A stretch of DNA of 64,000 bases from an uncultured Bacteroidia bacterium (lineage in GTDB: Bacteria > Bacteroidota > Bacteroidia > Bacteroidales > UBA932), in NCBI GenBank assembly GCA_902789445.1, contig CADAOB010000022.1, forward strand, positions 26 to 64,025, read 5' to 3'. The position numbers were made by a program, and so were the translations under genes. Positions 1 through 9,715 of this stretch are shown one piece after another; position 1 is the first letter of the stretch; every line of letters starts with the position of its first letter. A model generated the notes under the pieces. It was not told the origin of the DNA, made no database searches, and saw only the letters and a list, made by a program, of their open reading frames with translations.

Positions 1-614
1 AGCAGTATGACCTGGCGGCGAAGGAGGCGGAACTGGTTCGTGAACGGAACCGGTGGCAATTATTGCTGACGATGCTTATAGCCCTGCTTGCTATCACTGG
101 ACTCTTGTTCTGGCAATGGCGCCTGCTTCGCCAGAACGTGGATCTGCAGGAACGCCAAGACATGAAGGACACTGTAGCCATGTCTATCATCCATGCGGTG
201 GTATCCACCTATGCGGGAATCAACAAACGCCTGACAGTCATACATAACCTACCTGACGGTGAACGACAGGATGCCTTAAACCGGCTGATCCAGGACAACA
301 AGACAAATGTGGCCAAAAACCTGTCGGCCGCGATAGAAGAAAATTATGACACGCTGCCAAAGTACGTACGTCGCACAATCGCGTTACTGGATGGGGCCCA
401 ACAGAAAGCAGTATTTATCCTGACAGAAATCGGATTCTCGCCTGGCGAGATCGGCAAGATGCTCGGCATAAGTAGTAATCAGGTTCGAACTGTCAAGACT
501 GCCGTGCGAGACAGGATCTCAACTTCGCCCGACGCGCTGAAACGAGACATCGTTCGGCTGCAAATCATGCAGATGGGGCGCCGTGTACATAACAGCAAAA
601 ACGGACGGCTGTAA
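1..614 (+). CDS. 5'-truncated regulator with a TM helix and a C-terminal LuxR/GerE-type HTH
   Basis: The frame is open from the window edge to TAA 612-614, and the track ORF start at 63 is an internal TTG. There is a hydrophobic helix LLLTMLIALLAITGLLFW. The C-terminus ILTEIGFSPGEIGKMLGISSNQVRTVKTAV resembles a LuxR-type HTH. Confidence 0.6.
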   Translation, partial: QYDLAAKEAELVRERNRWQLLLTMLIALLAITGLLFWQWRLLRQNVDLQERQDMKDTVAMSIIHAVVSTYAGINKRLTVIHNLPDGERQDALNRLIQDNKTNVAKNLSAAIEENYDTLPKYVRRTIALLDGAQQKAVFILTEIGFSPGEIGKMLGISSNQVRTVKTAVRDRISTSPDALKRDIVRLQIMQMGRRVHNSKNGRL

Positions 615-629
615 AGCCGCCCGTTTTTC
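597..629. terminator. Bidirectional hairpin terminator between convergent genes
   Basis: ACGGACGGC-tgtaaa-GCCGCCCGT forms the hairpin (8 of 9 bp paired). It is flanked by an A-run and a T-run. The stop codon lies in the loop. Confidence 0.6.
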
Positions 630-647
630 GTTGGTTAAAGGACAGAT

Positions 648-1103
648 TTAGGCTTCTTCGCCGACCACCTGGAGTTTGACGGTGGCTTTGATGTCCTTGT
701 AGCATTTGACCACGGCCTCGTAGTCGCCGACCTGCTTGATCAGGGGCTCGCCGACGAGGGTGATGTTCTTGCGGTCAATGTCGAAACCGGCAGCCACGAG
801 GGCCTCGGCGACCTGGATGTTGTTCACGGAACCGAACACCTTGCCGGTCTCGCTCACCTTGGCGGGGACCTTCACGGTTACCTCGGCGAGCTGGGCGGCG
901 AGTTTCTCGGCAGCGTCGCGGAGCGCCTGCTCCTTGTGGGCGCGCTGGCGCATGTTTTCGGCGTGGATTTTCTTGGCGGTCGGGGTAGCCATGATGGCCA
1001 GGCCCTGGGGAATCAGCCAGTTTGCGCCGTAACCGTTGCGGACGGTCACGATGTCGTCCTTGTTACCAAGGTTCTGAACGTCTTGTTTGAGAATAACTTC
1101 CAT
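648..1103 (-). CDS. rplI: 50S ribosomal protein L9
   Basis: MEVILKQDVQNLGNKDDIVTVRNGYGANWLIPQGLA is a typical L9 N-terminus. The gene follows rpsF-rpsR in the usual order. Confidence 0.95.
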   Translation of the reverse strand: MEVILKQDVQNLGNKDDIVTVRNGYGANWLIPQGLAIMATPTAKKIHAENMRQRAHKEQALRDAAEKLAAQLAEVTVKVPAKVSETGKVFGSVNNIQVAEALVAAGFDIDRKNITLVGEPLIKQVGDYEAVVKCYKDIKATVKLQVVGEEA

Positions 1104-1115
1104 CGTCTTTCCTCC

Positions 1116-1382
1116 TTATTTCATCAGATCGGTTACATACGGGAGAAGCGCCAGGTGGCGGGCTCTCTTGACAGCTTGCGAGACCTTCTTCTGGAATTTC
1201 AGCGAAGTGCCGGTGATGCGGCGGGGGAGGATCTTGCCTTGCTCGTTGAGGAATTTCTTCAGGAACTCGGCGTCCTTGTAGTCGACATATTTGATGCCTG
1301 CCTTCTTGAAGCGGCAGTATTTCTTCTTCTTGACCTCGACATTGACGGGGTTCAGATAGCGGATGTCATCGTTCTGTGCCAT
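1116..1382 (-). CDS. rpsR: 30S ribosomal protein S18
   Basis: [15 protein letters not shown]...[33 protein letters not shown] matches the S18 signature region. Confidence 0.95.
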   Translation of the reverse strand: MAQNDDIRYLNPVNVEVKKKKYCRFKKAGIKYVDYKDAEFLKKFLNEQGKILPRRITGTSLKFQKKVSQAVKRARHLALLPYVTDLMK

Positions 1383-1394
1383 AGTCTTGTCTCC

Positions 1395-1778
1395 TTATTC
1401 GTTAGCGGGAGCCTCGGCAGGTGCTTCGGCGGCGGGTGCGGCGACACCGCTCATCTTCGCGCGGCGGCGCTCGGCATAAGCGATGGCGTGTTTGTCCATC
1501 GATACAGTCTGGAAGCGGAGGATACGCTCGTCACGCTTGAACTGTGTTTCAAATTTGGCAATGAACTCCGGCTCGGCCTGAAACTCGATCAGGGTGTAGA
1601 AGCCGGTAGTTTTCTTCTGGATCGGATAAGCCAGTTTCTTCAGGCCCCAATCCTCCTGGCACACGATCTTGCCACCGTTCTCGGTGATCAGATCCGCGTA
1701 CTTGGCAACCGCTTCCTTCATCTGGACATCAGACAAAACGGGAGTTGCAATGAAAACGGTTTCGTACTGTTTTAACAT
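1395..1778 (-). CDS. rpsF: 30S ribosomal protein S6
   Basis: [17 protein letters not shown] is the S6 N-terminal pattern. It is the first gene of the rpsF-rpsR-rplI cluster. Confidence 0.93.
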   Translation of the reverse strand: MLKQYETVFIATPVLSDVQMKEAVAKYADLITENGGKIVCQEDWGLKKLAYPIQKKTTGFYTLIEFQAEPEFIAKFETQFKRDERILRFQTVSMDKHAIAYAERRRAKMSGVAAPAAEAPAEAPANE

Positions 1779-1830
1779 TAGTAGGTAAAATTAAAATTAA
1801 CAAGCCCTTCGGGATTTTCCCAAAGGGCTG

Positions 1831-1838
1831 CAAAAGTA
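1831..1838 (-). promoter_or_regulatory. Bacteroidetes-type -7 box TACTTTTG upstream of rpsF
   Basis: The reverse complement of caaaagta is TACTTTTG, which matches TAnnTTTG. It lies about 50 nt upstream of the rpsF ATG. Confidence 0.5.
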
Positions 1839-1880
1839 AGGATAATTTTTTAAATCACCAAATTACTTTCTCGGAAGAGC

Positions 1881-3344
1881 CTATTTCTTCGGAGCGTCTT
1901 CCAGGACGGCCTGGATGAACTGCCACCATTTGGCGACCGAAGGGATGAAGCAGCGCTCGTCCGGAGAGTGGGGCGACTTGAGGGTCGGGCCGCAGGAGAT
2001 CATGTCCCAGTTCGGATAGGCACCGGCCAGGATGCCGCACTCGAGACCGGCATGGATGGCCATCACGGCGGGTTCTTTGCCGAAGAGCTTCTTGTACTGC
2101 TCCTTCATGGTGTGGAGGATGGGGGAGGCCATATTCGGGCTCCAGCCGGAATAGGCTCCGTCAAACCAGACCTTGGCGCCGGCCAGCTCGAACGCGGCAC
2201 GGACCGACTCGGCCAGGTCCATCTTGAGGGTGTCGGAGGAACCGCGGAGCAGGGTGTTGACGGTAATCACGCCTTTGTCGGTGTGAACGATGGCCAGGTT
2301 GTTGGAGGTCTCCACGAGGCCTTCGACTTCGAGGCTCATGCGGTCCACGGCATTGGGGCAGGCATAGAGGGCTTTGATGAGTTTCAGGCCCGTGTTGCCG
2401 GCGATGACCTTGCTGGCGCGGATGCCTTCGATGGTGATGATCAGGCCCGGATCGATCGGGGCGAGTTCGCCTTTGATGGTCTCGGCCGTTTTCTCGACGA
2501 GCGCCTTCACGGCATCGACTTTCCCGGCGGGGACGGCGACGACGGCCTCGGCTTCACGCGGGATGGCGTTGCGCATGTTGCCGCCGTTGAAGCTGACGAG
2601 TTTGCCCTTGTTGTCGCGCAGGATGGGGAGCAGGAGGCGGGCCATCACCTTGTTGGCGTTGCCGCGGCCTTCGTTGATCTCCATGCCGGAGTGCCCGCCG
2701 CGCAGGCCGGTGACCACGATCTTGCAGGCTTTGTAATCTTTCGGAAGGGCTTCTTCCTTGTATTTGAAACTGATGTTGGCGTCAATGCCGCCGGCGCAGC
2801 CGACGTAGAGTTCGCCTTCGGTCTCGGAGTCGAGGTTGAGCAGGATGTCGCCTTTGAGGATGCCGGGCTTGAGGGCCTTGGCACCGACCATCCGGGTTTC
2901 CTCGTCAACGGTGAAGAGGGCTTCGATGGGGCCGTGCTTGAGGGTCTTGGACTCCAGGACCGACATGGCGGCGGCTACGCCCAGACCGTCGTCGGCACCC
3001 AGGGTCGTGCCGCATGCGTACACCCAGTCGCCGTCTTCCTGGTGGACGATGCGGGTCTCGATCGGATCTTTGGTGAAATCGTGCTTCTTGTCGTTGTTCT
3101 TCTGCGGGACCATGTCCATGTGGGCCTGCAGGATGATGCCCTTGCGGTCTTCCATGCCCGGCGTGGCCGGTTTGCGGATGATGACGTTGCCGCATTCATC
3201 CTGGAAAGCTTCCAGGCCGAGGTCCTTGCCGAATTTGACCAGGAACTTGGCTACTTTCTGCGTGTGTCCGGACGGACGGGGAATCTGGGTGAGCGAGTAG
3301 AAATTGTTCCAGACGCTCTTGGGTTCTAAGTTGCGGATAGGCAT
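1881..3344 (-). CDS. pepD: Aminoacyl-histidine (Xaa-His) dipeptidase, M20 family
   Basis: 487 aa. The protein has PRPSGHTQKVAKFL, ILQAHMDMVPQKN and a PepD-like organisation over its full length. Confidence 0.9.
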   Translation of the reverse strand: MPIRNLEPKSVWNNFYSLTQIPRPSGHTQKVAKFLVKFGKDLGLEAFQDECGNVIIRKPATPGMEDRKGIILQAHMDMVPQKNNDKKHDFTKDPIETRIVHQEDGDWVYACGTTLGADDGLGVAAAMSVLESKTLKHGPIEALFTVDEETRMVGAKALKPGILKGDILLNLDSETEGELYVGCAGGIDANISFKYKEEALPKDYKACKIVVTGLRGGHSGMEINEGRGNANKVMARLLLPILRDNKGKLVSFNGGNMRNAIPREAEAVVAVPAGKVDAVKALVEKTAETIKGELAPIDPGLIITIEGIRASKVIAGNTGLKLIKALYACPNAVDRMSLEVEGLVETSNNLAIVHTDKGVITVNTLLRGSSDTLKMDLAESVRAAFELAGAKVWFDGAYSGWSPNMASPILHTMKEQYKKLFGKEPAVMAIHAGLECGILAGAYPNWDMISCGPTLKSPHSPDERCFIPSVAKWWQFIQAVLEDAPKK

Positions 3345-3362
3345 AATCAGATTGTTTTGAGA

Positions 3363-4397
3363 TTATTTTGTCAGTAATACATTCAGGGGAAGGGTGGCGT
3401 CCTCGCCCAGCTGATAGACGGGGATGCGGTTTTCGAGCAGGAGTTTCCCGCCCTGGACCAGGCGGCAGCGGGTGATGGCCGGGATGCGGTAGCGGACCAC
3501 CGAGGTTTCCTTGCCGCGTTCGCTCGAGACTTCGGGCGCAGCGAGGGGCTCGACCTGGAATTCGAGGGTCACGGCCTGGCCCTCGTTGGCGCCGGCGGGC
3601 AGCAGGCCGCCTTTGTCGGAGAGGCGGAAAGCGGTGTAGCGCTGGTCTTTGCTGCCGGCTTCGGGGGTTACGTCGAAGGTCTTTTCTTCGACGGAGATTT
3701 CGCGGATGCCGTAGAAGAGGCTCAGGTAGCGCTCTTCCAGGCGGGTGATCTCGTCGATGGCGGCCTGGAGGGCCTCGCCGCTGAAGGTGGCGTCGGTGTC
3801 GCCGGTGGCGATCTGCTGCCGTTTCTCGCGGAGACTGAAGATGACTGCGGCGGCGTCGGCGGCCTTGCGGTCGTCGGATTTCTCGACCACGTTGTCCTGC
3901 GTCACCGGCACACGCTCATACCCTTCGTCGGTCTTGACGGCCTTGTAGAGCGTAGTGGTTTCGCTGCCGAGGTTGCCCAGCGGGTCGATGCCCTCGAAAC
4001 TGCGGGAACCGGCTTCGCTGGCGAAGCGCCAGGCGGCCGGCCGGCCGGTGTAGTTGTCGGCCATCACGACCAGGCCCTGGGTGCAGAGCTGCAGGAAGCC
4101 GGCCGACGACTTTTCGGGAATGGCGATGGTGTAGCGGGCTTTCGGATCGGCCTCCACATAGGGCGCGAGCGTGATATTTTGCAGCGTGTAGGAAGTGCCG
4201 CTCTGGGTACGGGCGGCCACGCCGAGGTATTTCTGGGCATATTGGGCATAGGGGCCTGCCGTAAAGGCTTCCCGCCGGGCTTCGACCCGGAGGCAGACCG
4301 TGGTCCGGGGAAGGCTGTACACGACGGCACCGGTCTGAGCGGCTGCATCCTGGAAGAAAAGCAGCAGCAGGGACAGGACAATCAGGGTTCTTTTCAT
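3363..4397 (-). CDS. Secreted hypothetical protein (DUF4831-like)
   Basis: A signal peptide MKRTLIVLSLLLLFFQDAAAQ is present. The motif YSLPRTTVCLRVEARREAFTAGPYAQYAQKYLG resembles the Bacteroidetes DUF4831 family as I recall it. Confidence 0.75.
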   Translation of the reverse strand: MKRTLIVLSLLLLFFQDAAAQTGAVVYSLPRTTVCLRVEARREAFTAGPYAQYAQKYLGVAARTQSGTSYTLQNITLAPYVEADPKARYTIAIPEKSSAGFLQLCTQGLVVMADNYTGRPAAWRFASEAGSRSFEGIDPLGNLGSETTTLYKAVKTDEGYERVPVTQDNVVEKSDDRKAADAAAVIFSLREKRQQIATGDTDATFSGEALQAAIDEITRLEERYLSLFYGIREISVEEKTFDVTPEAGSKDQRYTAFRLSDKGGLLPAGANEGQAVTLEFQVEPLAAPEVSSERGKETSVVRYRIPAITRCRLVQGGKLLLENRIPVYQLGEDATLPLNVLLTK

Positions 4398-4451
4398 CTT
4401 GCTTACAATTATTCGGTAAAAATAATAAAAAAATGCCTACTTTTACATATT

Positions 4452-7385
4452 ATGAAAAAGCTTCTACTGATTCTCCTGCTTTCAGCCTGCCTTCCCGGTC
4501 TGCTCGCAGCCGGTGTGCTCCGCACAAAATATGCCGACCTGGTCAATCCGTTTGTGGGAACCGATTTCCACGGGCATACCTTTCCCGGAGCGGCTTATCC
4601 GTTCGGCATGATCCAGCTCAGTCCCGATACCCGCCAGGACAACTGGGACGGCTGTTCCGGCTACCATTACAGCGACTCCCTGATCAAAGGCTTCAGCCAT
4701 ACCCATCTGAGCGGAACGGGCTGCGCTGACCTGTGCGACATCCGGGTGATGCCGGTCGTGGGTTTCGAAGGTCCCGTGTCAGAATAGAATTACCAGTCGC
4801 CCTTCACGCACGCCGGCGAAGAAGCTTATCCGGGTTACTACCGTGTCCATCTGGACCGCTGGGATGTCGAGGCCGAGCTGGCAGTCGGCCGGCGGATCGG
4901 CGTACACCGCTATACCTATCCCCAGAAAGCGGTGCCGCAGCTGGTCATCGACCTTGGCCCGCGCGATCCGGTCCTTGGTTCGGAACTGCGCCAGGTGGGG
5001 GAGAATGCCGTGCAGGGATTCCGCCGCTCCCGGAGCTGGGCCGCCGACCAGGTCGTTTACTTCTATATGGAATTTTCCCGTCCGCTGGCCGAAGTCCGTA
5101 TCGGGAATGAGCCTTCGGGCGCGACCGCCCTGTTGACTTTCGGGCGGCCCGCCGGCCAGTCCCGGGCCCGGGAACTGGTGGTGCGCGTAGGCATCTCTTC
5201 GGTGTCCGAGGCAAATGCCCGTGCCAATCTGGAAAGCGAAAGCAATTGGAAGACCAAGGGAATCTTCTCCTTCGACCTGCTGCGCGAAACCACGCGGCGT
5301 GCCTGGGAGACGTACCTTTCCAAAATCGAGGTGGAGGGCGATCCCGAAGCGATGCGCATCTTTTATACCGCCCTCTATCATACGGCCCTTGCGCCCAGCC
5401 TGTATTCCGACAGCAACGGGGAATACCGCGGAATGGACCGGCAGGTTCACCGGGCCGAGGGATGGGAACGCTACCATATCTTTTCGCTCTGGGACACGTA
5501 CCGCACCCTGCATCCGCTGCTGAATCTCATCGAACGGGAGCGGACGGTCGATTTCATCAAGTCGATGCTCTCCATCTACGACGAGGCAGGGAAACTGCCG
5601 GTCTGGGAGCTCAGCGGCAACGAGACCAACTGCATGATCGGCTACAGCGCCGCGCCGGTCATCGCCGACGCCCTGGCCAAGGGCATCACGGGATTTGGCG
5701 TCCAGAAGGCCCTCACGGCGCTCAAGGCCAGTTCCAACAAAGCGGAATTCGGTATCGACATCTACCGCGACAACGGACTGATCCTGGCTGAACGGGAGTC
5801 AGAATCGGTGTCCAGGACCCTCGAATACGCCCTCGATGACTGGTGCATCGCCCAGGTCGCCCACCATGCCGGAGACCGGGCGACGGAAACGGAATACCTC
5901 AGGCGCGCCCAGTCCTGGCGCAACGTCTATGACCCTGTCACCGGCTTCATGCGGCCCCGTCAGAACGGCTGCTGGCTCGAACCTTTCAATCCGGCGGAAG
6001 TCAATGTCCACTATACGGAAGCCAATGCCTGGCAGTATTCTTTCCATGTGCAGCACGACATCGGCGGCCTGATCGAGGCCTGTGGCGGCGACAGTTCGAT
6101 GGAACAGTGGCTCGACGAACTGTTCTCCACCTCCAGCCAGACGACAGGCTGGGAGCAGGTCGACATGACCGGCATGATCGGGCAGTATGTCCAGGGCAAT
6201 GAACCCAGCCATCACATCGCCTACCTCTACAACTATGCCGGTGTGCCCTGGAAGACCCAGCGGGTGGTCCGGCAGATCATGGATGAGCTTTTCACATCGC
6301 AGCCCGACGGCCTGTGCGGCAACGAAGACTGCGGACAGATGTCGGCCTGGTATGTGATGAGTTCTCTCGGCCTGTATCCCGTCACCCCGGGCAGCGATGT
6401 CTTCGTATTCGGCTCGCCGGTGTTCCGCAATGCGGTCATCCATCAGGAAAACGGACGCGATTTCACGGTCCGCGCCCCGCGTACCAGCAGCGTCAATCGC
6501 TACATCAACCACGTGATGCGCGACGGCGTCCCGTACACGAAATCCTATCTCCGCTATGCTGACATCGAGCGCGGCCGGACTTTCATTTTCGGCATGGACA
6601 ACCGGCCCAATCCGCGTTTCGGCAGCGAGCCGGAAGACCGTCCCGTGGCTGCGGTGGAGAAAACCATCGTGGAAAACCCCTGGTTCAAAGTCGCTTCCCC
6701 TGCTTTCACGTCCTATACGAAGGTGGAGATCGGCTGTCCTGACAAGGATTGCAGCATCTGGTACCAGGTCGTACCGGAAGGCGGTGTGGCCGGCGGCGAT
6801 TTCTCGCGTTATGACCGTCCCTTCACCGTGAGCCGGAGCTGTACGGTCCATGCCTATTGCATGAACCGGGACGGAAAGCGCAGTTTTACGTCGCATACCA
6901 CCCTTTATCGCATCGAAAACAGCGGCTACACGGTCCGCATCACGCATCCTTACAGCACGCTCTACACCGCCGGCGGCGACCGGGGCCTGATCGACGGAAT
7001 CCGGGGATCGGACAATTACCGGCTCGGCGGCTGGCAAGGCTATCAGGGCTGCGATTTCGAGGCGGTCATCGACCTCGGATCCGTGAAACATCTGTCCAAG
7101 GTCAGCGCGGGCTTCCTGCAGGATACCCGTGCGTGGATCCTGCTGCCGCTCTGGGTGGAATTCTATACCTCGCGCGACGGCAAGACCTTCCAGAAACAGG
7201 GCCGCCAGAGCCATGACGTCGATCCGCAGGATTACGCCCGCCGGATTCTGGAAATCGCGCAGCCGCTCAATACGGAAGCCCGTTATGTCAAGGTGCTGGC
7301 AAGGAATTTCGGCACGCTGCCTGCCTGGCACGCCGGCGCCGGTGGCCAAGCCCACCTCTTCATCGACGAAATCACCCTGAAATAA
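4452..7385 (+). pseudogene. GH92 alpha-mannosidase with C-terminal CHB_HEX_C-like and F5/8 type C (discoidin)-like domains, interrupted by one in-frame TAG
   Basis: The ATG at 4452 gives signal peptide MKKLLLILLLSACLPGLLAAG. The GH92 N-terminus reads VNPFVGTDFHGHTFPGAAYPFGMIQLSPDT...FSHTHLSGTGC. The same frame continues after TAG 4785-4787 with PGYYRVHLDRWDVEAELAV...HRYTYP and the rest of GH92. Confidence 0.85.
4785..4787 (+). other. In-frame TAG inside the GH92 coding frame
   Basis: Track ORFs 4179..4787 and 4932..7385 are in the same frame. Conserved GH92 sequence lies on both sides of the stop. Confidence 0.9.
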
Positions 7386-7388
7386 CCC

Positions 7389-7506
7389 TTTTCCGCTGCA
7401 ATGTACACAACAGATAGTCAACGCTTTATGAAAACTGATGGTATGCTTTTCAGAGGGGGTCAACTTCCGCAAGTCGCTCATTTACTGATGCGTACATTGC
7501 AGACGC
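7389..7506. repeat. Copy A of a roughly 120-bp palindromic MITE-like element (degenerate centre)
   Basis: The ends are TTTTCCGCTGCAATGTACACA ... TGCGTACATTGCAG. The arms are homologous to the copies at 28018 and 41538, in the same orientation as copy B. The right arm contains ATG 7488 of the next gene. Confidence 0.75.
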
Positions 7507-9713
7507 GGAAGTCCGCACGGAAGTCTGCGCTGATGGCCGCGCTGGCGGCTGTGCTGCTGCTGGGCTCTTGCAGCGGTGGCGGGGCTGCACACTATGCCGA
7601 TGTCCTTGAAAAAACGCTGTCGCCGGCCGACAAGGCTGCGTATGACCGCAGTTTCTGGGAGGCGAATGCGGCCAAGGCCGTCGAGGTGCGCCAGCGGATG
7701 AACTGGGGCGTATCTGAAAAGCTGTTCCGTCATTTCGTGCTTCCCCTGCGCGTGAGCAACGAAGCCCTTGACGATTTCCGGACGAGGTATGCCGACTCGC
7801 TCTGTACGCTCGTCGAGGGCTTGTCGATGACGGATGCCGTACAGGAAATCAATCACTGGTGCCTGCAGCATGCCACTTACCGGAAAACCCAGGGACGCAC
7901 GCAGTCGCCGCTGCAAGTCATTTGTCAGGGCGGCGCCCGCTGTTCGGAGGAGTCGGTGCTGGTTGTTTCTGCGCTTCGGGCAGCCGGTATTCCGGCGCGC
8001 CTGGCCTTTACCCAGCGCTGGGCGCATATCGACGGGATCCATGCCTGGGTGGAGGCCTGGACCGGTGAAGGCTGGCATTTCCTGGGCGCCTGTGAGCCGG
8101 ATCCGTATCTGGATATCGCCTGGTTCAACGAAGTGGTCGCCCGGACGCATTATGTTTTCTCCAATATCCCCGGAAGGTACAGCGGCCCGGAGCGCGTGAT
8201 GGCGCGGACGGACTGCAACACCAAGATCAATGTCACGCCCAATTATGCACCGCAGCGCCGGAGCTGCGTGAAAGTCGTTGATCCGGACGGCCGTGCCGTG
8301 CGGGGTGCGCGCGTGGAGTGCAAAGTCTTCAATTACGGGGAATTCGTGACAGCGCATACCCTGATCAGCAACCTGCGTGGGCAGGTGGTCTTTGAGACTG
8401 GCTACGGCGACCTGCTGGTATGGGCTTCGAAAGGCGAGCGTTTCGGACTTGCCAAAATCGAAGGGGAAAAGACGGTGGTCACCCTGGATCACAAGCTGGG
8501 AGATTCGTTCAGTATGTCCTTCGATATCGCCCCGGCCCCCGACCGCCCGCTTCCAAAACCCGGGACGGCGGAAGAATATGCGGCCGTGGCCCGCCGGAAT
8601 GAGGCGGACAATGCCATCCGGGATGCCCGTCCCCACGGCAATGCTGCGGTCTTGTCGGCCTTTCTGGCCGCACACGATGATGACAAGGCACGGGCGCTGC
8701 TTGCTTTCCTGACGGAAAAAGACCGGAATGATATGCCGCTTGACGTGCTGGAGGATGCCTATGCCCATATCGATGGGACATTCAATCCGCTCCGGGACTG
8801 TCCCGTCATCGAAGAGGAGGCGTTCAAGCCATATTTCTCCCTGCTGGCTTCATCCGGCCTCCGGCTGGACAGCCGCGAGGCGGTCGAAAAATGGGTGGAG
8901 CAGAACATCCGGCTCATTTCCTGGTACAATCCCCAAGGCGTCCGGATGGCGCCGGCGGATGTCTGGAAGGTCCGCCAGGCCGATCTCCGCAGCCGCGAGA
9001 TCTTCCGGGTCGCTTTGTGCCGGGCCATGGGCATCGAGGCGGAATTTGAATGGATGGAGCCGGGCGACGGTCTGCCCGCCGGAACGGTGACAGCCGTTCT
9101 GGAAGGCGATATTTCGCCGGAATACTACCATCATTTTACGATTTCCCGGATTGAAGACGGGACGACCCGCCGCGTGCCGGTCGGCGAAGAAGATGATCAC
9201 AATGACTGGGCGTCGGTGTTCCCCATTACCTTGAAAGAAGGCTATTATATGCTCAGCTCCGGCTTGCGCTTGTCCGATTTCGGCATTCTTGCCCAAGTGA
9301 CCTTTTTCAATGTTGTATCCGGTGAATCCAATCAGGTAAACTTGCGGATGCGCGATCCGGGCGAGCAGCCTTTCGTGCTGGGCCTGTTCGGCCCCGGGCG
9401 TTTCCTGCCGCAGACCGGCCGGGGATTCTATCTGCTGAAGATCCTGGACGACCGGGACACCGCAAACCAGCCTTGCCTGGAACAACTTGAAAAGGTACGC
9501 CCGCTGCTGGAGGCCTGGGGGCGTCCGCAACTGACCTTCGGCGCCGCGGACACCGACATCATCGGGATGTTTGCAACGGGTGCCCGGCTGCCTTCCCGTG
9601 AACTTCCAATGGTCTTCGTCTGTGACGGATGGGGCCGTATCCTGTATGCCTCGCAGGGGGACGACGCTTCCCTTGCACAAGACTTGACCCGTATTATTCC
9701 TCAATTGCCGTGA
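7488..9713 (+). CDS. Transglutaminase-fold (PNGase-like core) lipoprotein, paralog 1
   Basis: The lipoprotein signal is MRTLQTRKSARKSALMAALAAVLLLGSC. The Cys-His core reads GARCSEESVLVVSALRAAGIPAR...IHAWVEAWTGEGWHFLGACEPDP. Confidence 0.85.
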   Translation: MRTLQTRKSARKSALMAALAAVLLLGSCSGGGAAHYADVLEKTLSPADKAAYDRSFWEANAAKAVEVRQRMNWGVSEKLFRHFVLPLRVSNEALDDFRTRYADSLCTLVEGLSMTDAVQEINHWCLQHATYRKTQGRTQSPLQVICQGGARCSEESVLVVSALRAAGIPARLAFTQRWAHIDGIHAWVEAWTGEGWHFLGACEPDPYLDIAWFNEVVARTHYVFSNIPGRYSGPERVMARTDCNTKINVTPNYAPQRRSCVKVVDPDGRAVRGARVECKVFNYGEFVTAHTLISNLRGQVVFETGYGDLLVWASKGERFGLAKIEGEKTVVTLDHKLGDSFSMSFDIAPAPDRPLPKPGTAEEYAAVARRNEADNAIRDARPHGNAAVLSAFLAAHDDDKARALLAFLTEKDRNDMPLDVLEDAYAHIDGTFNPLRDCPVIEEEAFKPYFSLLASSGLRLDSREAVEKWVEQNIRLISWYNPQGVRMAPADVWKVRQADLRSREIFRVALCRAMGIEAEFEWMEPGDGLPAGTVTAVLEGDISPEYYHHFTISRIEDGTTRRVPVGEEDDHNDWASVFPITLKEGYYMLSSGLRLSDFGILAQVTFFNVVSGESNQVNLRMRDPGEQPFVLGLFGPGRFLPQTGRGFYLLKILDDRDTANQPCLEQLEKVRPLLEAWGRPQLTFGAADTDIIGMFATGARLPSRELPMVFVCDGWGRILYASQGDDASLAQDLTRIIPQLP

Positions 9714-9715
9714 CA

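Noticed and set aside
4179-4451. The N-terminal 91 codons of track ORF 4179..4787.
   Set aside because: They overlap the 5' end of the convergent-frame DUF4831-like gene region and have no GH92 similarity. ATG 4452 gives a proper signal peptide.
4785-4787. Possible TAG reassignment or pyrrolysine-type recoding in GH92.
   Set aside because: TAG terminates other conserved genes at their expected ends (upp at 47143, M3 peptidase at 55898, M64 gene at 41471). No Pyl machinery or recoding signal is visible.
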